This document shows positions 1-8,691 of a stretch of DNA of 64,000 bases, piece by piece. Under the pieces are notes generated by a model. That model made no database searches. It worked only from the letters and a program-made list of their open reading frames with translations, and had not been told where the DNA came from. A program made the position numbers and the translations under genes. The DNA comes from an uncultured delta proteobacterium. Lineage in GTDB: Bacteria > Desulfobacterota > Binatia > UBA9968. How positions within the stretch are numbered: the stretch's first letter is position 1; the number at the start of each line of letters is the position of its first letter. The DNA is taken from positions 64,001 to 128,000 of the forward strand of contig CAWJZV010000006.1 of NCBI GenBank assembly GCA_963847445.1, in the 5' to 3' direction.

Positions 1-1
1 T

Positions 2-514
2 TATCGAATTATCAAGCCGCTGCTGGCCGCGATGGACCATTCGCTTAGGCCTCGACAGGTGAGCGTTGGCATCGTTGCCGATGACGCCATCAACGCCGCG
101 AATGGCGGCGGCGGCAAGTTTCTCGTTACCACTGGTTTATTGGCGCGAGCCAATGACGAACAGTTGCGCGGCGTAATGGCGCACGAGATTGCCCACGAGG
201 ATCTTGGTCATGTCACCAAGCTGAAGACATCGGCAACCGGGACGAATATGGTCTTGCTCGAACAGTTGGCGACGGAAAGCAGCGCGTTAACGCTGATTAA
301 CGGACCGCTGACTACTTTGAGTTTCACCCGGTCCGAGGAGCTCGACGCCGATCGCCATAGTGTCGCGATTCTGGCGCGCGCGGGGCATCCGGGAGCCGTG
401 ATCATCGAGACACTGAGCTGGCTGGCAAAAAATTCGGCAAGAGCCGATGGGTTTGTTGCTACCCATTCGTATATTCGCGAACGCATCAAAGCCTTGAAGG
501 CGATGCCGGGATAG
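2..514 (+). CDS. M48 family zinc metalloprotease (5' end outside window)
   Basis: INA...GG motif, HEIAH zinc motif, ELDAD and ATH motifs; frame open from position 2. Confidence 0.85.
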   Translation, partial: YRIIKPLLAAMDHSLRPRQVSVGIVADDAINAANGGGGKFLVTTGLLARANDEQLRGVMAHEIAHEDLGHVTKLKTSATGTNMVLLEQLATESSALTLINGPLTTLSFTRSEELDADRHSVAILARAGHPGAVIIETLSWLAKNSARADGFVATHSYIRERIKALKAMPG

Positions 515-550
515 AAAGCGCGATAAATATGATCCAAGGAGGAAAATACT

Positions 551-1156
551 ATGCAATCTTTAACGGGCAAGTTGTTGGCAGTTTTTGGGCTGGTCACCCT
601 ATTAGCTTGCGCGGCCTGCGAAAATATCGCGCTTATCAAACGGCCCACGCCTCAACTCGATGGCGATGAGTTCGTCGGTGAGATAACCGGTGTCGACTCG
701 CGCCTCAAGCAAATCCATTTGCGCCCCGCTACGGAGGTCTCGAGCGGCGCTTCGATTCAGACAGTTCGGTATGACGACAATACCCAAGTTCTTTATCGCG
801 GCCGAGAATACTCGGTGAACTCACTTGAGGTGGGCGACGTTGTTGCGCTGCAGGTTTGGCACCGTGACCGAGAGCGCAGCGCCGATTTGATCCGAGTGCA
901 GCAAAGCCGCCGTGACCGCGACCTGGTGCGAACCGGAAGCGAGATTCAAAGAATTGAAGGCACGGTGGAGCGGATCGATTCGCGCGATTTGTTTGAACTG
1001 CGGGAACGCTCGGGGGCAAAGGTCATGATCTCAGTACCGTCGAACGCGCGTCAATCGGTTGTCGATCAGGTCGAGCGCCTGCGCCGCGGCGATCACGTCT
1101 TAGGCGAGGGCCGGTATGTCAGCCGTGACCGCTTCGAGCTGGAGAGTTTGCTCTAG
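551..1156 (+). CDS. Lipoprotein with two OB-fold-like (DUF5666-like) repeats
   Basis: AGGAGG RBS; signal peptide with LAAC-type lipobox (LACAAC); two GxV/IxxVD...LxxGDxV repeats. Confidence 0.65.
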   Translation: MQSLTGKLLAVFGLVTLLACAACENIALIKRPTPQLDGDEFVGEITGVDSRLKQIHLRPATEVSSGASIQTVRYDDNTQVLYRGREYSVNSLEVGDVVALQVWHRDRERSADLIRVQQSRRDRDLVRTGSEIQRIEGTVERIDSRDLFELRERSGAKVMISVPSNARQSVVDQVERLRRGDHVLGEGRYVSRDRFELESLL

Positions 1157-1276
1157 GCCATTCCGAGAAGAAAGTGGGCATGGGAACGGTTTAGGCTTGC
1201 TGAAGCGTTGATTTCTCATCACAGGCCGATTCCGAAAGTTGCATAAAATCTCGAACCTTCTAGGCAAGGAGAAAAC

Positions 1277-1354
1277 ATGGCCGATCTCACTGCTTGGTTT
1301 GTCGCTGTGCCGATATCTTTAGTCGCCTTGTTCTGGGTCTTTGGAGTCATCTAG
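1277..1354 (+). CDS. 25-aa single-TM micro-protein MADLTAWFVAVPISLVALFWVFGVI
   Basis: AAGGAG RBS 5 nt before ATG; fully hydrophobic; too short for the ORF track. Confidence 0.5.
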   Translation: MADLTAWFVAVPISLVALFWVFGVI

Positions 1355-1779
1355 TCACCGAGACTGAGAAGGAGTCCGCATTAATACTCACGATAAACGC
1401 GCAAAATATCGAGACGACAAACAACGAACTCATTGTAGTGCTGCGAAAATTCACCAGCGAGAGCGATAGCCGCCAGCGCGAGACGCAAATTCTACTAGCT
1501 TGCGCCCTCTCCGTGCTTTTTGGCAGCGAAAGCCTCTGTTCCCATCGCTGGCATTGAGAATCCCAGCTCGCAGGCGAATCGAAAGCGAGGGCGTAAAAAA
1601 CCTGACGGCCAAAATTCATCTACTCATCGATGGCTAACTGTTTATTTCCAATCCCGTCTGCTGAGCGCTGCAAGGAAAATTCCTTCTTAGCGGAAGGATT
1701 CTTCTCGCCGTTTCTTCTGCTCTCGATCCTCAACGGAGTGTTCTTCTTAAGTTACGCAGTTTTTCGTGCACGTCACCAC

Positions 1780-1794
1780 TGGCATCCCGATTGC
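1780..1794 (+). promoter_or_regulatory. sigma54 -24/-12 promoter
   Basis: TGGCATCCCGATTGC (GG-N10-GC) about 40 nt upstream of ORF 1835. Confidence 0.7.
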
Positions 1795-1834
1795 GAATGA
1801 AACGATGTAGCTCAGTAATAAGGAGGTTTCAGAT

Positions 1835-2059
1835 ATGAAGACATTTTTAGTTTTGTTGTTGACGGCGGTGGTGACCCAATCGGGTTGCGCTTTTCTTGGC
1901 GGCGCTGCTACTGGCGTGCTCGCGACCGGCGCGGGATACGAGATCCAGGCGAAGCGGCAAATGGACAAACTAGACGAGGATCTTAGGAATGAAAGAATTT
2001 CGCGGCGCGAGTATGAACAGCGCAAGCAGCAGATCGAGAGCGGTTCGATCATTTACTAG
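1835..2059 (+). CDS. Small lipoprotein with glycine-zipper-like segment
   Basis: AAGGAGG RBS; QSGC lipobox; GGAATGVLATGAG; charged C-terminus. Confidence 0.7.
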   Translation: MKTFLVLLLTAVVTQSGCAFLGGAATGVLATGAGYEIQAKRQMDKLDEDLRNERISRREYEQRKQQIESGSIIY

Positions 2060-2118
2060 AATACAAACCAGCGAGCGGTGGATGAAATGGTAAGCGATAA
2101 AAAAGAAAGGGTGAACCT

Positions 2119-2289
2119 ATGTTGAGCTATGCGCTGGCATTTTTAATCATCGGCCTAATCGCCGGGCTTGTCGGTCTGGCGGGAGTGGCCGCCGTGGCGA
2201 CACATGTCGGCTGGGTCCTGTTTCTCGTCGGTCTCGTCCTGCTGATCGTACATGCGGCTGTTCGTGGCCGTGTGCCGCCAGCCACATAG
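2119..2289 (+). CDS. DUF1328 (UPF0391/YtjA-like) small membrane protein
   Basis: MLSYALAFLIIGLIAGLVGLAGVAAVATHVGWVLFLVGLVLLIV; translated by hand, not in ORF track. Confidence 0.85.
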   Translation: MLSYALAFLIIGLIAGLVGLAGVAAVATHVGWVLFLVGLVLLIVHAAVRGRVPPAT

Positions 2290-3040
2290 GCGTGCGAAAG
2301 CCCTCCGTGGAGCGGAAACAAAGCTGCGTGTTTACCGCCCCATGGCGGGTATTCTGCCATTATCCCTGCGCTCCTGCTGCTCTGAGTTTTTGGCAGTTCC
2401 CATAGCGCTTGCTGAAAAACTTGCTCATCCGCTTTAAGCAGTTTAGAAGCTCAGCGGTGAGCACAATGATGCGCCGGCTAACCGCGATCACGGCGGGCGG
2501 CGAGTAGCACGGCGAGGCCTAAATAAACCATGTCTTCCCCTGCTAATTATCGTGGTTAATCACTGACAAAGGCTGTGTTGTCTTCGGAGTGCTCTGCCAT
2601 TTTATCCCATTCCATAATCGATGCTTGAGTTCGAGCGCTGTATCTTCGCCTATCATTTTTGGGTTCGGCGTTCCTCGCGGTTTGCCAGCTATAAAAAGCA
2701 ATTTGAGTTCCCTTACACCGATAGTAGAGTTATTCTTTCCGGCCGTTACCCTGAGTAGGGCCTAAGTAAGGCAACTAACCAAGATTGGGACAACGCGATG
2801 ACTAGCACGTCTTTAAAATGGGAACGGCTAAAATGCGTCTCCCTTTGAGGCATTTCGACAACGACCAAACTCTTTAGCGAGGCAAGCTTCCGATAAGGTT
2901 GGTTATGGAGCGAGCTCCGACAGCGGAAATCCTACTAAGAAGAGAATTCCCGACAGTTTCTAGAGACGAGTCGCACGCTAGTTAGACGATAAAATTGCGC
3001 AAGTGTCTTTTACAAATGAGAATTTCACATGGTGGTGGGA

Positions 3041-3055
3041 TGGCATAGCGGTTGC
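3041..3055 (+). promoter_or_regulatory. sigma54 -24/-12 promoter
   Basis: TGGCATAGCGGTTGC. Confidence 0.7.
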
Positions 3056-3124
3056 TCTATTGGTTGCTTAAATGCGCATCGAGCTCGACGAGCAATGGAG
3101 CGCAACGAACAGGAGGCGATTAAG

Positions 3125-3307
3125 ATGACTATAAAACTATCCAAGAAGGCGACGCTAGGAGACTTGATTGCGGCCGTGACCGATGAAGTATCGCGGCTAA
3201 CCCGAGGGTCGGCCAATACGAATATTCTGGTCTCGTATATTGTCAGAGATGTCTTAGCCAAGCGAAGAGCGAGGCCGGAGAGTCGGGGAGTCCTAAAAGT
3301 CGCGTAG
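3125..3307 (+). CDS. Small hypothetical protein (TLGDLIAAVTDEV motif)
   Basis: AGGAGG RBS before ATG 3125; lies downstream of the sigma54 promoter. Confidence 0.6.
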   Translation: MTIKLSKKATLGDLIAAVTDEVSRLTRGSANTNILVSYIVRDVLAKRRARPESRGVLKVA

Positions 3308-3361
3308 TACCATGGATTAACACTCTTGGGGTTTAATAATGACACAAAGAAGGGGAAGACA

Positions 3362-3466
3362 ATGCTGAACAACGAAAAAGGCGCAATTGGCTGGATTCTT
3401 TTATGGGCGCTCGGTATTCCGATCCCGCTCTTGTTATTGTTCTTCATGGTTCGCGGCTGCACATGA
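3362..3466 (+). CDS. 34-aa membrane micro-protein MLNNEKGAIGWILLWALGIPIPLLLLFFMVRGCT
   Basis: AAGGGG RBS; WILLWxLGIPIP resembles a widespread tiny membrane protein family. Confidence 0.7.
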   Translation: MLNNEKGAIGWILLWALGIPIPLLLLFFMVRGCT

Positions 3467-3582
3467 TCCAGAACGGCCAAGTGGCGAAGGTAGCTGTAGA
3501 AAACGTGGCAGAGCCTGAGCCGCAGCGGTCGTGGAAGTTCTGATTACTGTCCCGGCAACCCGCGCGTGTGGAGATTTAAGCC

Positions 3583-3720
3583 ATGCAAATGTACGTCGCA
3601 CTGCAGCCGTTAGTGGCGCTCATCGCGGGAATATTGATTCTGTTGATTCCGAGGTTGTTGAATTACATTGTCGCCATTTATCTGATCGTGATCGGCATTT
3701 TGGGACTGGCGCGAATGTAG
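3583..3720 (+). CDS. DUF3096 small membrane protein
   Basis: QPLVALIAGILILLIPRLLNYIVAIYLIVIGILGL signature. Confidence 0.85.
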   Translation: MQMYVALQPLVALIAGILILLIPRLLNYIVAIYLIVIGILGLARM

Positions 3721-3799
3721 TATTTAACCGCTCGAACGCGGCGGCATCCCAGAAGGTTAGAAAAGCGAAAGCACATTTCGCGGAAAGGAGGACATGTCG

Positions 3800-3964
3800 A
3801 TGTTAAATTGGGCTGTAACTTTTCTTGTGATCGCGCTCATCGCCGGTCTATTGGGCCTTAGCGGTGTGGCCGGCGCGGCGACTCAGATCGCATGGATCCT
3901 GTTTGTGGTGTTCTTGATCCTATTTCTCGTGGGCTTGGTCATGAACCGAAGACCGCCTGCTTAG
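3800..3964 (+). CDS. DUF1328 small membrane protein, second copy
   Basis: [42 protein letters not shown]; AGGAGG RBS. Confidence 0.9.
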   Translation: MLNWAVTFLVIALIAGLLGLSGVAGAATQIAWILFVVFLILFLVGLVMNRRPPA

Positions 3965-4355
3965 CGGTGGGCATGACTTCGCGCCAAAATCCTCGTCATC
4001 ACAGCCTGCACCAGGGTCCCGGTTTCCTCGCCGTTGGGCGATGAGATCGGGACCTCCCTCCTTAGATGCTGAACCAAAGCAATTGCGGCGGGATCTAGAA
4101 AATGCGCACCGACAAATGTCGAGGGTAAGGAAATCACAAGCCATCCAAAAGCGCACGACAAGGAACGGAATGTCTTGATCTGGAGCTGTGAATCATAACG
4201 TCATTTGCACCGGATGTATTCGTGGTTCTTCGGATGAAAATGTCCGACACTGTTGGTTTCTTGTGTAAGGAATAACCCTGCTACAGACGACCCTGCGACG
4301 AAATATAAAATCTATAACTCACTGAAAAGCGACCGTTAGACAAGGGCGAAATAGT

Positions 4356-4370
4356 TGGCATCGTATGTGC
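4356..4370 (+). promoter_or_regulatory. sigma54 -24/-12 promoter
   Basis: TGGCATCGTATGTGC upstream of the PRC-barrel gene. Confidence 0.6.
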
Positions 4371-4483
4371 GTTAACTCGTCTATAGGAAGTTGCACGCGC
4401 GATCGCCGCATCGACGATCTCGAGAAATATATTGCGGTAGGTCTTCGTGATTAACATTAACGCAAGTCAGAGGAACTCAGACC

Positions 4484-5230
4484 ATGCTACGAAAAATGAA
4501 AGATCTGAAGGGTTCAGCAATCGGCGCTAAGGACGGTGATATCGGTGAAGCAAACGACTTCATTTTCGACGACAAGAACTGGACGGTTCGCTACTTAGTG
4601 GCGGATACCGATCGCTGGCTGCCTGGACGCAAAGTCTTGATCTCACCCATCGTGATTGATCGAGCCGATTGGAATGACAAAAGGCTTCCGGTTCTGCTCA
4701 CCCAAGAGCAAGTAAAGAACAGTCCCGACATCAGTATGGACGAAACCTTATCTGCGCAAGATGAAGTTAAATACTACGACTATTACGATTGGCCGTACTA
4801 TTGGACGGGCGGAGAAATTTGGGGTCCTGTGACGTTGCCGCAAGATCTTATTGCGGCAGGAATCGATAGAAAGATCGTGCTGACTGAAGAAATCAACCGT
4901 TCTCATTTGCGCAGCATGAAAGATGTGACCGGATATTCGATTCAGGCCACCGACGGAGAAATCGGTCATGTCGATGATTTCGTACTTGACGATGACAGCT
5001 GGACCATACGTTACATAATCGCCGACACACGCAATTGGTTGCCCGGTAAAAAAGTGCTTATTTCGCCGCAGTGGATAGCGCAGGTCGATTGGAAGAATTC
5101 CAACCTGTACGTCAATTTGTCGCGGCATGCGATCAAGAGTGGTCCCGAGTATAACCCGGAACGGCTAAATCGCTCTTACGAGACGGAACTCTACGGGCAT
5201 TACGGCCAACCCAATTATTGGTGGTGTTGA
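4484..5230 (+). CDS. Tandem PRC-barrel domain protein
   Basis: Two repeats of G-x-IxAxDGxIG...DDxxWTxRYxxADTxxWLPGxKVLISP. Confidence 0.9.
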   Translation: MLRKMKDLKGSAIGAKDGDIGEANDFIFDDKNWTVRYLVADTDRWLPGRKVLISPIVIDRADWNDKRLPVLLTQEQVKNSPDISMDETLSAQDEVKYYDYYDWPYYWTGGEIWGPVTLPQDLIAAGIDRKIVLTEEINRSHLRSMKDVTGYSIQATDGEIGHVDDFVLDDDSWTIRYIIADTRNWLPGKKVLISPQWIAQVDWKNSNLYVNLSRHAIKSGPEYNPERLNRSYETELYGHYGQPNYWWC

Positions 5231-5366
5231 GAGGAATTCGGGGAAATATTGTTTCTAAAAAAGGAGGATTTATAGAAAAGATCAATTAAAAGGGAGCTGG
5301 CTAAAGTCCAGCAAGTCGATGAAATAAGAAAATCAAAATTAAATGAGAAAGCAGAAGGAGAAATGT

Positions 5367-5741
5367 ATGCGGAATAAAATTATGACGTCATGTTTGGTCG
5401 GGGTCGGAATGCTGGCTGTGACGGCTAGTGGCTATGGGCAAAATATGCCCGCGAATCCGTCCAAGCCGGAATCGGGCGCGGAAAGCAAGGCCAGTGAAAA
5501 GCGAGCCATGGGTGAAGTGACTTCTGTTGACGCCAAAACCGGCAAGCTAGCGGTCAAGACCGCCGAGCAGGACCTCAGCCTCAACGTTACGGCGAGTGCG
5601 ACCAAAAAGTCTCTTGAGTCGATCAAGGTCGGAGATAAGGTAAGCGTGTCCTATCGAGATCAGGGCGGAATGTTGGTGGCCAGCTCTGTAAATAAATCCG
5701 CAGGGATGGAAGGCGCCGGCTCTTCTGGCAAAACCAAATAG
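5367..5741 (+). CDS. Secreted OB-fold-like protein
   Basis: Signal peptide; GEVTSVD...IKVGDKVSVSY; AAGGAG RBS. Confidence 0.65.
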   Translation: MRNKIMTSCLVGVGMLAVTASGYGQNMPANPSKPESGAESKASEKRAMGEVTSVDAKTGKLAVKTAEQDLSLNVTASATKKSLESIKVGDKVSVSYRDQGGMLVASSVNKSAGMEGAGSSGKTK

Positions 5742-5837
5742 GCGATTGGAGAGCACTTAATTATAGTGGTGTCCTCGTTGGGGGGCGGGGCAATCCGCCG
5801 CCTCCCCGTGACACCACTCGACAGAAGGAGTTGGAGG

Positions 5838-6062
5838 ATGGACCAATTCAAAAAGAGCCGACGAGAGTACAAGGAAAGCATGAAGAGTCAGTCGGGTCGG
5901 TTCTCTGTCAACGATCTCGTGGAAGCCGAGGCCGATTATGACAAATTCCTAGAGTATATGCACAAACGCTGCGTCGACCAGAAAGAAGAAGTAGAGCGCT
6001 GGGCGGAGGATTGGTGTGAACGGGGAGGCTGGCGGAACAATCGCTCGGCTCACCGAGATTAG
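5838..6062 (+). CDS. CsbD/YjbJ-like stress protein (divergent)
   Basis: DQFK...GRFSVNDLVEAEADYDKFL...KR...KEEVERW resembles CsbD; GGAGG RBS. Confidence 0.55.
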   Translation: MDQFKKSRREYKESMKSQSGRFSVNDLVEAEADYDKFLEYMHKRCVDQKEEVERWAEDWCERGGWRNNRSAHRD

Positions 6063-6181
6063 AAATGTAATCTTCGATTGGATTCGAGTAGAGCCTGGCG
6101 TACGGTCCGTCATTTTTGCCTGCGAACATCGGCGGCAGAAGCATCGAACCAAAACTGAGTAAGTGGGTGGGGGTGATCGGT

Positions 6182-6466
6182 TCAGTTCTTTTGCGATGGC
6201 ATACCATCAGTGTCGTGCGCAAAACAATTCGCCACCGTGGCAGGCACTATCTCAACCTCGTCCGGAAATACGTAAGCACAAATACCACTTCCCCAACGTA
6301 CCTGGAGAAGATGACGACCGAGGTTGTCGATCTCCGAAATTATCGTTCCCACCGTGGCGGGCCGGACATTTCCTGCATGGGTACGAATTTCCCTTCTTGC
6401 TCGACAACGCACTACCGGCGCATTCGCTACTCTGTTCAAACTTTCGTTCTCAAGTAATGGCTTCAT
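6182..6466 (-). CDS. Small beta-barrel-like hypothetical protein
   Basis: GTIISEIDNLGRHLLQVRWGSGICAYVFPDEVEIV; AAGGAG RBS; sigma54 promoter upstream. Confidence 0.55.
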   Translation of the reverse strand: MKPLLENESLNRVANAPVVRCRARREIRTHAGNVRPATVGTIISEIDNLGRHLLQVRWGSGICAYVFPDEVEIVPATVANCFAHDTDGMPSQKN

Positions 6467-6660
6467 AATTTCTCCTTTGTCTCTAACCTTGGATGAAATC
6501 TCTTACGAAATCTGAAACCGCGTATCATTGATTCCAACCTCGCGCCGGCTTCGACGTCGCGACGGAGCACTGCTCTCAACTGGGCGACTTTAACCGGCCT
6601 CACGGCGCCATGAACAAGCGCAAAGTTTTGTGTTTAGACAATCCATGAAACCCCATTAAC

Positions 6661-6675
6661 GCAAGGCGCGTGCCA
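6661..6675 (-). promoter_or_regulatory. sigma54 -24/-12 promoter
   Basis: Reverse complement is TGGCACGCGCCTTGC, near-perfect consensus. Confidence 0.75.
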
Positions 6676-6920
6676 GACGCGATGAGCGTAGTATCGAGCG
6701 AAATTTGTTTTAGCCCTCCGTAGAAGTAAATACGGGAGGAAGATCAATTCGTTGATCGTTACTGTTGCACTCGTCTGACTGGTCTGGTGAAGTTTGTAAT
6801 CGATGAAGCACGAGCGCAGGGACCATGGCAGCAAACGATTAATCGCAATGAAATGAATCGTCGATTAATGTCCTTCTCGGGAATGATTGAAATCCCGCAC
6901 CTCAGCCGAAGAGAATTTAC

Positions 6921-7038
6921 GTCATGCCGGCGCAGGCCGGCATCCAGGCCCATCGTCCACATAAGGATACCGTGATGCAACTATTTGGACGCTACCCGTC
7001 ACCTGGATTCTCTGCCTGCTAATTGCGGGAAAGCCGGC
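6921..7038. repeat. REP-like inverted pair
   Basis: GTCATGCCGGCGCAGGCCGGCATCCAGG with degenerate partner CCTGGATTCTCTGCCTGC...GCGGGAA. Confidence 0.55.
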
Positions 7039-7231
7039 AAGAAAAAAGTCGTCATGGAGTCGAGCGTAGCTTATTCGACTTCCGAAAATAAATCGTTTGG
7101 CGGAACTTTAAACATGATTAATCAGGTTAAATCCCCTTTAAATAGGGAAACTCCTATCAACCTACTCCGCTATTACGTTCCGCCGGTGAATAAATGCTAT
7201 TAAATTCAATAACCTAAAAAAACATTCGCGT

Positions 7232-7246
7232 TGGAACGTTTTCTGC
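7232..7246 (+). promoter_or_regulatory. sigma54 -24/-12 promoter
   Basis: TGGAACGTTTTCTGC, with an IHF-like ATTCAATAACCTA just upstream. Confidence 0.55.
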
Positions 7247-7320
7247 TAGTGTAATATTAATCAGGACATACCGTTAGAAATCTGGGAAGAGGAGGCAATC
7301 TGCGCTTCGATGACTCCGTT

Positions 7321-7725
7321 ATGGATACCCGTTGGACATTAAGCACGGGAAAATCGATGGTCAAATCGGTATTGGTTGTCGACGATGAGCAAAACTTCGT
7401 GAATCTTTTGGATTGGTTTCTGTCCAAGAGGGGCTATGAGGTTCGGACGGCCCTGAACGGTGACGAGGCTTTGAAACTCGTCGAAAAAACCTCTCCCGAC
7501 TTGGCGCTGCTAGATATCAGAATGGGTCCGGTGAGTGGACTCTCGCTCCTGGATGAAATGAAGCAGCGCTGGCCGGATATTACCGTGATCATGATGACCG
7601 CCTACCCAACCAGTGATTCCCGCAGCCAAGCATTTGGCAAAGGCGCCGTCGCTTATTTTACCAAACCCATGGATCTCGAGGAGCTGCTGAAGACTATTCA
7701 TGGACTCTCAAATTCCTCCGAGTGA
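7321..7725 (+). CDS. Single-domain response regulator (CheY-like)
   Basis: VLVVDD, LLDIRM, TA and KP motifs; true start may be 7357. Confidence 0.9.
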   Translation: MDTRWTLSTGKSMVKSVLVVDDEQNFVNLLDWFLSKRGYEVRTALNGDEALKLVEKTSPDLALLDIRMGPVSGLSLLDEMKQRWPDITVIMMTAYPTSDSRSQAFGKGAVAYFTKPMDLEELLKTIHGLSNSSE

Positions 7726-7800
7726 GCGCGGGATGAAATCGATAGATTCTGACAATTCAACCTGAAAGTTCGGTTGGCGCAATAGAAAGCAGGTGACAAT

Positions 7801-8217
7801 ATGTTGGTATTACTCGTGGCAGTTATTTCCGGTATCGCAATCGCTTACTTTGGAATGCAAAATGTTGACCCCGTGACGATCAGACTCAATGAATACGTCT
7901 GGAACGATGTCCCCTTGTATCTGGTCATCGTGGGCTCGTTGTTGGTCGGACTCGTCATGGCAGGGATTCTGTATTTTGCCAAGTCGATTTCCTCAAGAGT
8001 GACCATCTACGGAAAAGATCGCGCGATGAAAAAAGCCAAACATACGGTAACCGAGCTGGAACAACGGATCCGCGAACTCGAAGCGGAAAAGGCACGACTC
8101 GAAACCACAGTTTCTTCCCCGGTTGTTAATCCGCACCACACTGACGTAGCGCAAACCGACCTCCACCACGACCGCCTCTTTGCCGAGATTAAGAGAGGCC
8201 GTGGAGTAATAAAGTAG
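7801..8217 (+). CDS. LapA (DUF1049) family membrane protein
   Basis: Two TM segments, QN..V...PLYLVIVGSLLVG, C-terminal coiled coil. Confidence 0.75.
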   Translation: MLVLLVAVISGIAIAYFGMQNVDPVTIRLNEYVWNDVPLYLVIVGSLLVGLVMAGILYFAKSISSRVTIYGKDRAMKKAKHTVTELEQRIRELEAEKARLETTVSSPVVNPHHTDVAQTDLHHDRLFAEIKRGRGVIK

Positions 8218-8539
8218 TGTAGGGGTTGTCTATTATTCGAATGTCGGATTGCACTGACTGCCGGAGTAGTCTGCACCCGGGATGGCGCGCTCAGCCGGAA
8301 AAGCATAGAAATCCGAAAATGATTTTGTAGGTAAATTGCCTTCAAAGAAGGGAAATTCCTATACGTCGGAGGCTTGAGCCGATCAACGTCAAACTAAAAA
8401 CTTTAAACAATCCACCACATCCCAACCAAGCAGTAATGGAATGATTTCTGCTTGTTTTTCTTCCGACCGTACGCTTCACTGTGTGAAGCCTGTGAAATTC
8501 TTTGTCGAAATGGAGGGCTAAGCTCTGCTACCGAGGCTC

Positions 8540-8660
8540 GCTCTAATCGCCAGGTCGATAAGGCGACCGGCAGAAGTGTCTGAAAGCCGGCGCAGTCGAT
8601 TATATCGCCCAACCGGTTAACAGCGATGAGTTGATCGGAATGCTGGCCATCAGGTTAATT
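8540..8660 (+). pseudogene. Remnant C-terminus of a response-regulator receiver domain
   Basis: GDRQKCLKAGAVDYIAQPVNSDELIGML resembles MKGDREKCxxAGAxDYIAKPV; no start codon or N-terminus. Confidence 0.6.
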
Positions 8661-8691
8661 TGCAAGCAACGCATGCGACGGGGAGGTCGTT

